NCBI GenBank assembly: GCA_043824255.1
Contig: JBDRTG010000032.1
Span: 1-25,073 of the forward strand
From: a bacterium
GTDB lineage: Bacteria > JAHJDO01
Length of the DNA stretch: 25,073 bases
Direction: 5' to 3'
Shown: piece after piece, positions 7,490 to 17,616 of the stretch
Layout of the letters: each line of letters opens with the position of its first letter
Numbering within the stretch: the first letter of the stretch is position 1
Translations under genes and position numbers: made by a program
The notes under the pieces: model-generated
Database searches by the model: none
Seen by the model: only the letters and a program-made list of their open reading frames with translations
Told to the model about the DNA's origin: nothing

Positions 7490-8476
7490 ATGTCGGATAT
7501 AATTAGCCAGTTTACTGAACGTGCAAAGAAGATTCCAAAAAAAATTGTATTTCCAGAAGGAGAAGATATACGCATTATAGAGGCTGCATCAATCATAAAA
7601 TCTGAAGGGATAGGTATTCCCGTACTTTTGGGAGAGAAAAGCGCAATAGATAAAGTGGCAGTTGAGCGAGGTTGGGATATAAATGGAATACAGATTATAA
7701 ATCCGCAAGAATCCTCATATCTGGACGAATTCGCAGAGAAATACAGTTCATTACGTAAAAACATCAGTCTTAATATGGCTAAAAGAATTATAAGCCGTAA
7801 TCTCTATTTTGGCGCAATGATGGTATCTCAAGGTCTTGCTGATGGTATGGTAGGTGGAATAGCAAGTACAACAGCCTCCGTAATTCAGGCAGGCGCAATG
7901 TGCATAGGATTTGAACAGGGCATTTCAACTCCATCAAGTTTCTTTATAATGATAATTCCCGAGTTTTTGGGAGAGAAGGATAAGGTTTTAATTTATGCTG
8001 ATGCAGCTGTTACAATTTCTCCGTCAGCTCCACAACTCGCTGAAATAGCAATAACTACAGCCAGGAATGCTAAAAAACTTCTTGGAATCGAGCCAAAAGT
8101 AGCAATGCTGTCTTTTTCAACTAAAGGCAGTGCTTCACACTCAGATGTTGATAAAGTAGTGGAAGCCACAAAAATTGCAAGGCAAAAGGAACCTGATTTG
8201 AATATTGACGGAGAACTTCAGGTAGACTCAGCGCTTGTGCCAAAAGTTGCAGCAAAAAAAGTAAAAGAAAGTAATGTTGCAGGGCAAGCAAATGTATTAA
8301 TATTTCCTGATCTGGACGCAGCAAATATAGCATACAAGCTAACTCAGTACATTGGTAATGCCAAAGCATATGGACCAATACTTCAGGGCTTTAAGAAGCC
8401 AATAAATGATCTATCACGAGGAGCAAGCGTTCAGGATGTTGTTGGAGTTACTGCTATAACAGCAGTGAGAAGTTAA
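7490..8476 (+). CDS. pta: Phosphate acetyltransferase (short form)
   Basis: IVFPEGED, AMLSFSTKGS, DGELQVDSA, ANVLIFPDL and PINDLSRG motifs; adjacent to ackA. Confidence 0.94.
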   Translation: MSDIISQFTERAKKIPKKIVFPEGEDIRIIEAASIIKSEGIGIPVLLGEKSAIDKVAVERGWDINGIQIINPQESSYLDEFAEKYSSLRKNISLNMAKRIISRNLYFGAMMVSQGLADGMVGGIASTTASVIQAGAMCIGFEQGISTPSSFFIMIIPEFLGEKDKVLIYADAAVTISPSAPQLAEIAITTARNAKKLLGIEPKVAMLSFSTKGSASHSDVDKVVEATKIARQKEPDLNIDGELQVDSALVPKVAAKKVKESNVAGQANVLIFPDLDAANIAYKLTQYIGNAKAYGPILQGFKKPINDLSRGASVQDVVGVTAITAVRS

Positions 8477-8491
8477 AAAAAGGAGAAACAG

Positions 8492-9688
8492 ATGAAGGTA
8501 TTAGTCGTTAATTGCGGAAGTTCTTCAATAAAATACAGTCTTTTTGATATGAATAATGAACAGGAACTTGCTAAAGGGCTTGTTGAGAAAATCGGAGAGG
8601 AAGTATCTGTTTTTACTCAAAAATCAGAAAAAAACAATATTAAGCTTAGTCAAAAAATCAAAGACCATAAAGAAGCCTTTGCTCTGTTCACAAAACATTT
8701 GCTCAATCCTAAAACAGATGTTTTAGCGAATATTGATGAGATTAAGGCAGTTGGCCACAGAGTTGTTCATGGAGGAGAAAAATTCTATGAATCTGCTTTA
8801 ATAGATGAAAAAGCCATTAAAATAATAGAAAGATATTCTTCATTAGCTCCTCTTCATAATCCGCCTAATCTTGTAGGCATAAGAGAAGCAATGAATTATT
8901 TCCCAAATAGCAAACATATAGCCGTGTTTGATACTTCATTCCATCACACGATACCTCAGGTTGCCTATATGTACGCGCTTCCATACTACTGGTATGAAAA
9001 ATACGGCATCAGAAGATATGGATTTCACGGCACCTCTCACAGATATGTAGCTATCAGAGCTTCAGAATTACTCAATAAACCTATTAACAAAGTAAACTTG
9101 ATAACCTGCCACCTAGGAAATGGATGTAGTATGGCAGCAATAAAAAATGGCCAATCAGTTGATACAAGCATGGGGCTCACGCCTCTTGAAGGGCTTATCA
9201 TGGGCACGCGCTGTGGAGATATAGATACAGCTATACTTTTCTTTCTTGCAGAAAAAGAAAATGTAGGTCTTAAAGAGATTGACAAACTACTTAATAAGAA
9301 GAGCGGGCTTCTGGGAGTGTCAGAGCTCAGCAATGATGTGCGAACACTACTTGAAAATGCAGATAAAGGCAATAAAAAGGCCCGCCTTGCGCTTGATATG
9401 TTTGCATATAGGATAAAAAAATATATTGGCGCATATATAGCTGTTCTTAACGAAGTAGATGCCATAGTGCTTACAGGTGGTATCGGTGATAAGGCAAAAC
9501 CTGTTAGAAAAGGTATTTGTCAGGATCTTGAATATCTTGGAATTGAACTTGATGAGTCCAAAAACAACAACTGTTTTGAACAGGAGGCGGTTATTAGCAA
9601 AGATTCTTCCAGAATCAAACTTCTTGTTATACCTACTAATGAGGAACTTATGATCGCAAAAGATAGCACCAAAATAGCAAGCGAATAA
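8492..9688 (+). CDS. ackA: Acetate kinase
   Basis: NCGSSSIK, GHRVVHGG, APLHNP, YGFHGTSH, CHLGNG and IPTNEELMIA motifs. Confidence 0.97.
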   Translation: MKVLVVNCGSSSIKYSLFDMNNEQELAKGLVEKIGEEVSVFTQKSEKNNIKLSQKIKDHKEAFALFTKHLLNPKTDVLANIDEIKAVGHRVVHGGEKFYESALIDEKAIKIIERYSSLAPLHNPPNLVGIREAMNYFPNSKHIAVFDTSFHHTIPQVAYMYALPYYWYEKYGIRRYGFHGTSHRYVAIRASELLNKPINKVNLITCHLGNGCSMAAIKNGQSVDTSMGLTPLEGLIMGTRCGDIDTAILFFLAEKENVGLKEIDKLLNKKSGLLGVSELSNDVRTLLENADKGNKKARLALDMFAYRIKKYIGAYIAVLNEVDAIVLTGGIGDKAKPVRKGICQDLEYLGIELDESKNNNCFEQEAVISKDSSRIKLLVIPTNEELMIAKDSTKIASE

Positions 9689-9708
9689 TAAATAAGGAGA
9701 TTAGCAGT

Positions 9709-10974
9709 ATGAAACTTTGCATATTTGAAGATGAAACATTCGAGAATTTCTATCCAATTACATTAACAAGGCCAATCTTTGACTTAAGATGCGGGCACAC
9801 TCTTTTGTATGAGAAGATACTAAGAGCTTTTCCTGACATGGAAACATGTTTCTTCCTCAGGGATTGGATCGCACCGACATTCAGAAAAAGAGTTGAGGGG
9901 AAGTCCGTAAATGACCTATCTGCTTTAAACGATGATATATTAATGATTAATGGCCGCACTCTTTTTATGAATACAGATATCCAGGCTGAGGGAGATGAAG
10001 AAATAGGCATTATGGATAATGCACTCGTTTATGCAAGAGTAAAGAAACAGACTTTAGATAAATGCAGAGCAGATTCATTTGAAACTGTTTTAAAGAATAT
10101 AAAACAAGTTCTGCCAAAAAAAGAAATATCTGTTACTTTGCTTAACTATTTATGGGAAGTGATTCATAATAATGGCAAGGCTATTGAAGATGATTTTAAT
10201 AAACTTCCTAAAAAGGGCATATTTGGCAGCATGGCAGAAGGAGCGATTATCTATGGAGATAGGAGTAAGGTGCATATTGGCAAAGGCACAGAGATTCAGC
10301 CTCATACTATAATAGAAACTGCAGGAGGTCCTGTAATAATAGATGAAGACGTTACAGTGACCCCTTTTTCGAGGATTGAAGGACCGTGTTCAATAGGAAA
10401 GGGCTCAACACTGTTTGGAACAAAGCTAAGGGAAGGCTCTTCAATAGGACCTGTTTGCAGAGTTGGCGGAGAGATTGAAGAGAGCATAATTCACGGTTAC
10501 AGCAATAAATATCATGACGGGTTTCTTGGCCATGCATATATTGGAGAATGGGTTAATCTTGGCGCATTAACAACAAACAGTGACTTGAAAAACGATTATG
10601 GCTCAGTGCAGGTTTACATAAAAGGACAACTTTTTGATACAAATGACACTAAGGTCGGATGTTTTATTGGAGATTATACTAAAACAAGTATAGGGATATT
10701 GTTAAATACAGGAACATCTATTGGGGTTTTATGTATACTTGTTGCAAGCGGCGGAGTGCTGCCCAAGTATATTCCTTCTCTTGCATGGTACTATAAAGGG
10801 AAGATTGCCAAGGGGTACGGTCTGGAAACAATGCTTGAAACTGTAAAAACATCAATGAACAGGCGCAAGAAAGAATTGACAGACGAGGATATCGAGCTTT
10901 TAAGATATATTAAGAAAGCCACACAGGATGAAAGAAATACAATAGTTAGAAAAGCAAGAACAGAAGCTGGATGA
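9709..10974 (+). CDS. GlmU-related protein (degenerate nucleotidyltransferase-like N-terminus plus left-handed beta-helix)
   Basis: FYPITLTRPIFDLRCG N-terminus; hexapeptide repeats; SNKYHDGFLGHAYIGEWVNLGALTTNSDLKNDY. Confidence 0.8.
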   Translation: MKLCIFEDETFENFYPITLTRPIFDLRCGHTLLYEKILRAFPDMETCFFLRDWIAPTFRKRVEGKSVNDLSALNDDILMINGRTLFMNTDIQAEGDEEIGIMDNALVYARVKKQTLDKCRADSFETVLKNIKQVLPKKEISVTLLNYLWEVIHNNGKAIEDDFNKLPKKGIFGSMAEGAIIYGDRSKVHIGKGTEIQPHTIIETAGGPVIIDEDVTVTPFSRIEGPCSIGKGSTLFGTKLREGSSIGPVCRVGGEIEESIIHGYSNKYHDGFLGHAYIGEWVNLGALTTNSDLKNDYGSVQVYIKGQLFDTNDTKVGCFIGDYTKTSIGILLNTGTSIGVLCILVASGGVLPKYIPSLAWYYKGKIAKGYGLETMLETVKTSMNRRKKELTDEDIELLRYIKKATQDERNTIVRKARTEAG

Positions 10975-10990
10975 GACAAAAAGGAGAAAG

Positions 10991-11230
10991 ATGATGGCGA
11001 GCACAGAAGAAAGAGTAAAACAGGCTATTGCAAAACAGTTGAATGTTGATATCAGCGATGTAAAGGATGAAGCACGCTTTATTGAGGATCTGGGTGCAGA
11101 ATCTATGCAGTCACTTGAGTTAATTGCAGCGTTTGAAGAGGAATTCGACATGTCTTTGGACGAGGACGAAGCAGGAAAGGTTAAGACTGTTGGTGAAGCA
11201 GTAAAGTTTTTTGAGTCCCTGTTAAAATAA
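10991..11230 (+). CDS. Acyl carrier protein, atypical GAESM motif
   Basis: 79-aa acidic protein with FIEDLGAESMQSLELIAAFEEEFD and KVKTVGEAV; RBS AAGGAG. Confidence 0.88.
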   Translation: MMASTEERVKQAIAKQLNVDISDVKDEARFIEDLGAESMQSLELIAAFEEEFDMSLDEDEAGKVKTVGEAVKFFESLLK

Positions 11231-11288
11231 ACACCGAATCTCCCTGCTGGTCTTTGGCGGGAAAAAGAGAGCCTAAAGGAAAATTTAG

Positions 11289-13346
11289 ATGGCAGATTGG
11301 ATAAAAACCTGTTATGCGAGGTTGCTGATAGACAATCACATAACTGAAGAGGACCCTTCATTTATGACAAAATTTGATCCGCGCAAGTATGTGAATATGG
11401 TGAAAAAAGCGCGCGTCGATTCGGCAATGATATATTCCTGTTGTCACAACGGCAATTGCTATTATCCAACAAAAGTTGGACACATGCATAGAAATTTAAA
11501 CGGTAGAGACATCTTTGGCGAAACTGTCAGTATGCTGATAGAAGAAGGCATTGTCCCCGTGGCTTACACCACTGTTATTTACCATAATGACTCGGCTAAG
11601 AACAATCCTGACTGGAGGATGAAAGATATTTCAGGCAAAGAACACAACGGGCGCTACTGGTACTCCTGCCCTAACAATAAAGAATATGTAAAATTCTCAA
11701 AGAAACATCTTTTGGAAGTAATCTCTTATAACGTCCAGGGTATATTCATTGACATGACATTCTGGCCTATGATATGCCGATGCGAGTCATGCCTTATGAA
11801 ATATAAAAAGGAATTTGAAAGAAAAATGCCAGATACAATAGATTGGAGGGATCCTGAATGGGTGTCATTCCAACGCGCGCGTGAAAGATGGATGGCAGAA
11901 TTTGCAAAAGAATTGACATCTCATATAAAAGCGCAAAAACCGGAAATAACCGTGGTCCATCAATTTTCGCCGGTTCTTCACGGGTGGTTCCTTGGGCAAA
12001 ACTCTTGCATAACAGATGCCTCCGACTATTCATCGGGCGATTTTTACGGAGGCACAATTCAACAGCGTTTCGGCACGAAAGTTTTAGCGGCTTATTCTCA
12101 AAATATCCCTTATGAATATATGACCTCAAGATGTGTCACTCTACGTGATCATACTTCTATGAAATCTGAAGAAGAGCTTTTCTGTCATGCAGCTTCCACC
12201 TTGGCCAACGGTGGAGCGTTTTTTTTCATAGACGCCATCAACCCGGATGGAACCCTTTGCAATGATGTGTACGAAAGGCTTGGCTCGGTAGCGAAAAAAT
12301 TGAGACCTTTTAAAGAACTTATCCAGAAACACCGTCCTGAAATCTGTGCGGACACAGGTCTTTATTTTTCGATGAATTCATGTGTGAACAACGATTTTAA
12401 TGGAATAAAACTTGATGACCTGAATGAAAGCGACTCCAATATGGAATCGATAAGAAATGTTCCAACGCTAAAGGAAATCCTCGGCGCTTCAACGATTTTA
12501 ACTCAAGCCAATATCCCCTATAAAATAATCACTGATAGAACCGATGATTTTGACGGATTTAAGACAATTATAATAAACAACGCAGCTTATCTTTCCGAAA
12601 AAGAAATGCAAAGATTGCGCGATTTTGCAAATGAAGGGGGGACGCTTATCATCACCGGCATGACCTCATATTTTACTCCTGATGGAGCAAGCTCAGGGGA
12701 TCTTGCGCTTGCGGATATCCTTGGAGTGTCATATACGGGGAAAATGTCTGAATGCATAAATTATCTGGCCATGGATTACGATAAACAAAAACTGGTCTCA
12801 TGCGACAGAAAAGCGCCATTAACAAAAGCAACAACAGCCAAAGTAATGGCCAAAGTGGCAGAACCCATCTTCAAATGCAACGATCCTGAAAAATACGCTT
12901 CAATACACTCAAATCCCCCAGGAAAACTTACTGAATATTGCGCTCTTGCAGAAAACGCCTGTGGCAAAGGCATGGTCGTTTATTTGTATTCTTCCATTAT
13001 GGAGTCCCAGCAATACGCGCAACAGGAATTTATCAAATCGCTTTTCAAAAAATATATTTCATCAGATATTATCATTTTCTCCAACGCACCATCATGCGTT
13101 GAAGTTACAATGTTGAAAAGCAACTCTGAAAAAGCATATATTTTATGTGTGGTAAATTTCCAGAATGAACTTCCAAATATTCCTGTCCATAATCTGGAAG
13201 TCGTCTTCTGCCCGCCTGAACCAAAAAAACTTGGTTCAATAAAAAGAGTTTCCGATGGAAGCGACGTTGCTTTTGAAGAAGATAATGGAAACATTTTGAT
13301 TAGGCTCGAAGAACTTGAAACAGTTGAAATGTTTGAGATAAAATAA
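11289..13346 (+). CDS. Putative glycoside hydrolase (GH29/GH42/GHL6-like barrel plus trimerisation-type domain)
   Basis: CHNGNCYYPTKVG, GIFIDM, CRCESC and ANIPYKII...IIINN motifs. No signal peptide; substrate cannot be assigned. Confidence 0.65.
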   Translation: MADWIKTCYARLLIDNHITEEDPSFMTKFDPRKYVNMVKKARVDSAMIYSCCHNGNCYYPTKVGHMHRNLNGRDIFGETVSMLIEEGIVPVAYTTVIYHNDSAKNNPDWRMKDISGKEHNGRYWYSCPNNKEYVKFSKKHLLEVISYNVQGIFIDMTFWPMICRCESCLMKYKKEFERKMPDTIDWRDPEWVSFQRARERWMAEFAKELTSHIKAQKPEITVVHQFSPVLHGWFLGQNSCITDASDYSSGDFYGGTIQQRFGTKVLAAYSQNIPYEYMTSRCVTLRDHTSMKSEEELFCHAASTLANGGAFFFIDAINPDGTLCNDVYERLGSVAKKLRPFKELIQKHRPEICADTGLYFSMNSCVNNDFNGIKLDDLNESDSNMESIRNVPTLKEILGASTILTQANIPYKIITDRTDDFDGFKTIIINNAAYLSEKEMQRLRDFANEGGTLIITGMTSYFTPDGASSGDLALADILGVSYTGKMSECINYLAMDYDKQKLVSCDRKAPLTKATTAKVMAKVAEPIFKCNDPEKYASIHSNPPGKLTEYCALAENACGKGMVVYLYSSIMESQQYAQQEFIKSLFKKYISSDIIIFSNAPSCVEVTMLKSNSEKAYILCVVNFQNELPNIPVHNLEVVFCPPEPKKLGSIKRVSDGSDVAFEEDNGNILIRLEELETVEMFEIK

Positions 13347-13358
13347 GGAGAGAAAGAA

Positions 13359-14576
13359 GTGTCTATTAAAAATCTGGCAGAAAAGGCATTGGAACAGGGC
13401 GGCGGAATTTTGAGGCTTGCTCCAAACTGGGTGCCGCGTTCTTTCTGCATTCCAGGCAGAAGAATCAAACTTCATCCTGACGATTACTACGCGCTCGGCG
13501 GGGAAAGAGGTGGCATTGACGAACGCTGGTTTTCATCAACAACTCCTGCCGATAACGGACCATTGACTTCACCCAATGAAGGCCTTAGTTTTATCGTTTT
13601 TGATGATGGTGGCCATACGGAAAAATTTCTTCTCCGAGACGCAATTGATGAATTTCAACACGAAATCATAGGCAAAAGAATATGGGACAAATACAAATGC
13701 TGGCCTATGTACTCAAAGTTTTTTGACAATCTCGGCCCGCTTCCGCATCATATTCACCACCGAGAAGAACACGCAAAGCTTGTCGGGCAAAAAGGAAAAC
13801 CTGAAGCATATTACTTTCCCGCACAAATGAACAATCATCTCGGACATTTTGCATTTACTTTTTTTGGCTTTGAGCCGGGAACTACTAAAGAACAAGTGAG
13901 GGAATGTCTCGTCAATTTCACAAAAGGAGATAATAAAATAACCAACCTCTCAAAAGCTTACAGGCTTGAGCCTGGAACAGGCTGGGATGTTCCTCCGGGA
14001 GTTTTGCATGCTCCCGGCAGCTTGTGCACTTATGAGCCTCAGAAAGCTTCTGATGTCTTCGCCATGTATCAATCGCTGGTAGATGATCAAATCGTGCCTG
14101 AAGAGCTTCTCTGGAAAGATACTCCTGAGAAGCACAAAGGTGACTTTGATTATCTAATAGAAGTCATTGACTGGGGGGGAAATATTGACCCTGAATTTGC
14201 AAAAAACCGCTTTATGATGCCTCTACCTGTGAAAAGCGAAGAAGAGATGAACGCTGAAGGGTGCAGTGAAAAATGGATATGCTATAAGTCCAATGATTTC
14301 AGCGCAAAAGAACTAACCGTAATGCCGGGAAAAACTGTCACTATAAAAGACAGCGCAGCTTATGGAATAATAATGATGCAGGGGCACGGAAAGATGGGCA
14401 AATGGGACATCGAATCACCTGCTCTTATTCGGTATGGGCAATTGACAAACGACGAATTCTTCGTAAGCGAAAAGGCGGCAAAAGAAGGCGTGTCTATTAA
14501 AAATATATCTCGGACAGATCCCATAGTGATGTTAAAGCATTTTGGGCCAGAGAACTCCGATCTCAATAACTTCTAA
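13359..14576 (+). CDS. Cupin-fold protein, class I mannose-6-phosphate isomerase-like
   Basis: ERW, PHHIHH, KPEAYYF, GVLHAPG and EPQ motifs; GTG start after AAGGAG. Confidence 0.6.
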   Translation: MSIKNLAEKALEQGGGILRLAPNWVPRSFCIPGRRIKLHPDDYYALGGERGGIDERWFSSTTPADNGPLTSPNEGLSFIVFDDGGHTEKFLLRDAIDEFQHEIIGKRIWDKYKCWPMYSKFFDNLGPLPHHIHHREEHAKLVGQKGKPEAYYFPAQMNNHLGHFAFTFFGFEPGTTKEQVRECLVNFTKGDNKITNLSKAYRLEPGTGWDVPPGVLHAPGSLCTYEPQKASDVFAMYQSLVDDQIVPEELLWKDTPEKHKGDFDYLIEVIDWGGNIDPEFAKNRFMMPLPVKSEEEMNAEGCSEKWICYKSNDFSAKELTVMPGKTVTIKDSAAYGIIMMQGHGKMGKWDIESPALIRYGQLTNDEFFVSEKAAKEGVSIKNISRTDPIVMLKHFGPENSDLNNF

Positions 14577-14601
14577 ACTTAATTAATCGGGAGAGTAGAT
14601 A

Positions 14602-14658
14602 ATGAATCTGCTTGGTTTGGATATAGGAACAACCTGTTGTAAGGAAAAGAAAATTTGA
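14602..14658 (+). pseudogene. N-terminal remnant of an FGGY-family carbohydrate kinase
   Basis: GGGAGAG RBS then MNLLGLDIGTTCCKEKKI*. GLDIGTT is the FGGY phosphate-1 motif. Confidence 0.7.
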
Positions 14659-14683
14659 CATAAACAGTTTACTATGTTAACCT
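14655..14683 (+). promoter_or_regulatory. Sigma-70-type promoter of the pyr operon
   Basis: TTGACA (14655-14660), 17-nt spacer ending in TGn, TAACCT (14678-14683). Confidence 0.65.
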
Positions 14684-14699
14684 GCCGTTGAGAGGTAAA

Positions 14700-14730
14700 C
14701 CTTTAAACTAGTTCTGAGAAGCTAGTAAGG
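14700..14730 (+). ncRNA. PyrR-binding RNA element (pyr attenuator)
   Basis: CCTTTAA-ACT-AGTTCTGAGAAGCT-AGT-AAGG fits the CUUUAA...AGUCCnGnGAGGCU...AAGG pattern and lies upstream of pyrR. Confidence 0.8.
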
Positions 14731-14753
14731 AAGAGAAATATGATGAAAGAAGA

Positions 14754-14788
14754 GGCCTTCCTAAGTTTTTTAGGGGGGTTTTTTATTT
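14754..14788 (+). terminator. Attenuator terminator of the pyr leader
   Basis: GGCCTTCCTAAG/TTTAGGGGGGTT stem (several G-U pairs) followed by a T run. Confidence 0.7.
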
Positions 14789-14822
14789 ATGTAAATGAGC
14801 TTTTGTGATTGGAGGAATGAAT

Positions 14823-15365
14823 ATGAATTTGAAAGAAAAAGGACAGGTTATGGACAAAGAAGGTGTAGAGAGGACAATCAGCCGTATAGCTCATGAAATA
14901 GTTGAGAAAAATAAGGGAACAGATAACCTGGTAATTATTGGCATAAGAACCAGAGGGGTCTTTCTTGCAGAGAGAATAGTAAAGAAGATAAAACAAATAG
15001 AAAAGGCTGTTCTTCCTATTGGCATACTTGATATAACTCTTTATCGGGATGATTTAAGCACTATTGCTTCTCAGCCAGTGGTTCATAAGACAGAGATACC
15101 TTTTGATATAACGAATAAAGTAGTTGTTTTAGTGGATGATGTTCTTTATACGGGTAGAACTATACGAGCAGCATTAGATGAACTTATTGATTTTGGCAGA
15201 CCAAAGGCAATCCAGCTAGCAGTTTTAGTAGATAGAGGACATAGAGAACTACCTATCCGAGCTGATTATGCAGGAAAGAATGTCCCTACTTCTCAGAGAG
15301 AAATCGTTGAGGTTAGATTAGAAGAATACGATAAAAAGACAGAGGTTATAATTATTGTGAAATAG
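14823..15365 (+). CDS. pyrR: Pyrimidine operon attenuation protein / uracil phosphoribosyltransferase
   Basis: [33 protein letters not shown] and [13 protein letters not shown] motifs; ATG 14823 follows GGAGG. Confidence 0.97.
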   Translation: MNLKEKGQVMDKEGVERTISRIAHEIVEKNKGTDNLVIIGIRTRGVFLAERIVKKIKQIEKAVLPIGILDITLYRDDLSTIASQPVVHKTEIPFDITNKVVVLVDDVLYTGRTIRAALDELIDFGRPKAIQLAVLVDRGHRELPIRADYAGKNVPTSQREIVEVRLEEYDKKTEVIIIVK

Positions 15366-15385
15366 GTAAAGGGAAAGGGATAGAA

Positions 15386-16324
15386 ATGGAATGGAATAGA
15401 AAAGATCTTCTGGGACTGGAGAATTTAACAAAGGAAGAAATTAAGCTGATTTTAGACACAACAGAATCATTCAAAGAAATATCAACCAGAGAGATAAAGA
15501 AAGTACCGGCATTAAGGGGAAAGACTATTGCAAACTTGTTCTTTGAACCTAGTACAAGAACAAGAATTTCTTTTGAGCTTGCAGAGAAGCGCCTAAGTGC
15601 AGATGTAGTAAACTTTTCTGCTTCAACAAGCAGTCTCTCAAAGGGTGAGACTTTAATTGACACAGCAAAAAATATTGAAGCTATGAAAATAGATTGTGTT
15701 GTGATACGTCACAGCTCTTCTGGTGCATCTTATATGTTATCAAAAAAGTTAAATGCCGGCGTTATAAATGCTGGAGATGGAACTCATGAGCATCCAACGC
15801 AGGCACTTCTAGACATGTTTACAATAAGAGAGAAAAAAGGCAGATTAGAGGGACTTAAGGTAGCGATTGTTGGAGATATCAGGCACAGCCGTGTTGCAAG
15901 AAGCAACATCTGGGGCATGAGGAAAATGGGGATAGAGGTGAGAATATGCGGGCCGAGGACATTATTGCCTGTTGATATTGAAAAAACGGGTGCAAAGGTT
16001 TTCTATCATATAGAACGTGCCATAAAGCATGTAGATGTTATTATGGCGCTGAGAATTCAGAAAGAAAGACAGGGGCAAAGTTATTTCCCGTCAATCAGGG
16101 AATATTCAAAGCTTTATGGACTCACAAGCGAGAGGATAAGATGCGCAAAAGAGGATGTTTTAATAATGCACCCGGGACCTATGAATAGAGGTGTGGAAAT
16201 TATGCCTGAAGTGGCTGATGGGCCGTATTCAGTTATTCTTGAGCAGGTAACTAATGGACTTGCAGTTCGTATGGCTGTTCTCTATCTTGTTATGGGCAGT
16301 AAAACTAAGGAGGTGAGTGTATGA
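15386..16324 (+). CDS. pyrB: Aspartate carbamoyltransferase catalytic subunit
   Basis: [18 protein letters not shown] and HPGPMNRG motifs. Confidence 0.98.
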   Translation: MEWNRKDLLGLENLTKEEIKLILDTTESFKEISTREIKKVPALRGKTIANLFFEPSTRTRISFELAEKRLSADVVNFSASTSSLSKGETLIDTAKNIEAMKIDCVVIRHSSSGASYMLSKKLNAGVINAGDGTHEHPTQALLDMFTIREKKGRLEGLKVAIVGDIRHSRVARSNIWGMRKMGIEVRICGPRTLLPVDIEKTGAKVFYHIERAIKHVDVIMALRIQKERQGQSYFPSIREYSKLYGLTSERIRCAKEDVLIMHPGPMNRGVEIMPEVADGPYSVILEQVTNGLAVRMAVLYLVMGSKTKEVSV

Positions 16325-17616
16325 AACTACTCATTAAGAATGGTTGCGTTGTTGATCCATCTCAACATATAAATGAAAAGATGGACATATTGATAGAAAA
16401 CAACAAGATATGCAAGTTAGGTACAAATATCAGGGATAACGATTGTGAGATCTTCAACGCCAAGAACATGATTGTTTCTCCTGGATTTATTGATATGCAT
16501 GCTCATCTGAGAGAACCTGGAAGGGAAGATGCAGAAACAATAGCCACAGGTACTCGATCTGCTGCAAAGGGCGGGTTTACGTCAGTTTGCTGTATGCCCA
16601 ATACAGAGCCTGCAATAGATAATCAATCTGTTGTAAAGTTTGTTTTAGAAAAAGCCAAAAAAGAGGGTAAGGTCAATGTGTTTCCTATAGGTGCAATCAC
16701 AAAAGCACGCAAGGGAGCCGAACTTGCAGAGATTGGAGATATGAAGGATGCGGGAATAGTTGCTGTTTCAGATGATGGAAGTTGGGTAGAAAATTCTGCT
16801 CTCATGAGAAGAGCGCTTGAATATAGTGAGATATTTAACATTCTGGTAATATCGCATTGCGAAGATAAGACACTCTCAGAGAAAGGAATGATAAACGAGA
16901 GTTATACTTCAACTGTCCTGGGACTGGAAGGCATTCCCAGGGAAGCAGAGGAAATCGCTGTTTTTAGAGATATAAGCTTAGCAAAGATGTTGAATACCAG
17001 AATACATGTTGCTCATGTGTCAAGCGGAGGAACAGTAGAATTGATAAAAGAGGCTAAAAGCCGCAATATAAAGGTCAGCTGTGAGGTAACACCTAACCAT
17101 TTCACATTAACAGAACAAGCTATTAATGGTTATGATACAAATACGAAGGTTAATCCCCCGTTGAGAAGCAAAGATGATATTCAAGCTATAAAAAACGGGC
17201 TTGCTGATGGAACAATAGATGCTATAGCAACAGACCATGCTCCTCACACAATAACAGAGAAGGAATATGAGTATGATAATGCCCCGTTCGGGATCGTTGG
17301 TTTCGAAACCGCTCTGGGACTCGCTCTTACAGAACTTGTTCACAGTAAAGTTTTATCATTATCCCAGCTTATTGAAAAGCTCTCTTGCAATCCCGCAAAA
17401 ATTCTTGGGTTTAAGACAAAAGGAACATTGAAAATCGGCTCAGACGCAGACATAACAATAATAGATGAGAATAGGAAGTGGATTGTAGATGTAAACAGGT
17501 TCCTCTCAAAGAGTAAAAACTCACCGTATCATAATAGAAAATTAAGGGGCAAGGTAATAGCTACTATTGTTGGGGGAAAGATTGTATTTCATGACACAAT
17601 AATAGGGAGTAAATGA
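16321..17616 (+). CDS. pyrC: Dihydroorotase (long type)
   Basis: [21 protein letters not shown] and IATDHAPH motifs; ATGA overlap with pyrB. Confidence 0.97.
   Translation: MKLLIKNGCVVDPSQHINEKMDILIENNKICKLGTNIRDNDCEIFNAKNMIVSPGFIDMHAHLREPGREDAETIATGTRSAAKGGFTSVCCMPNTEPAIDNQSVVKFVLEKAKKEGKVNVFPIGAITKARKGAELAEIGDMKDAGIVAVSDDGSWVENSALMRRALEYSEIFNILVISHCEDKTLSEKGMINESYTSTVLGLEGIPREAEEIAVFRDISLAKMLNTRIHVAHVSSGGTVELIKEAKSRNIKVSCEVTPNHFTLTEQAINGYDTNTKVNPPLRSKDDIQAIKNGLADGTIDAIATDHAPHTITEKEYEYDNAPFGIVGFETALGLALTELVHSKVLSLSQLIEKLSCNPAKILGFKTKGTLKIGSDADITIIDENRKWIVDVNRFLSKSKNSPYHNRKLRGKVIATIVGGKIVFHDTIIGSK

Noticed and set aside
11239..11270. Hairpin after the ACP gene as a terminator
   Set aside because: The stem depends on several G-U pairs and is followed by A residues rather than a U-tract on the sense strand.
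10900..11361. 153-aa minus-strand ORF and other short antisense ORFs (e.g. 4197-4541, 9037-9465, 12980-13468, 21628-22059, 24198-24512)
   Set aside because: They are shadow frames of well-supported genes on the opposite strand.
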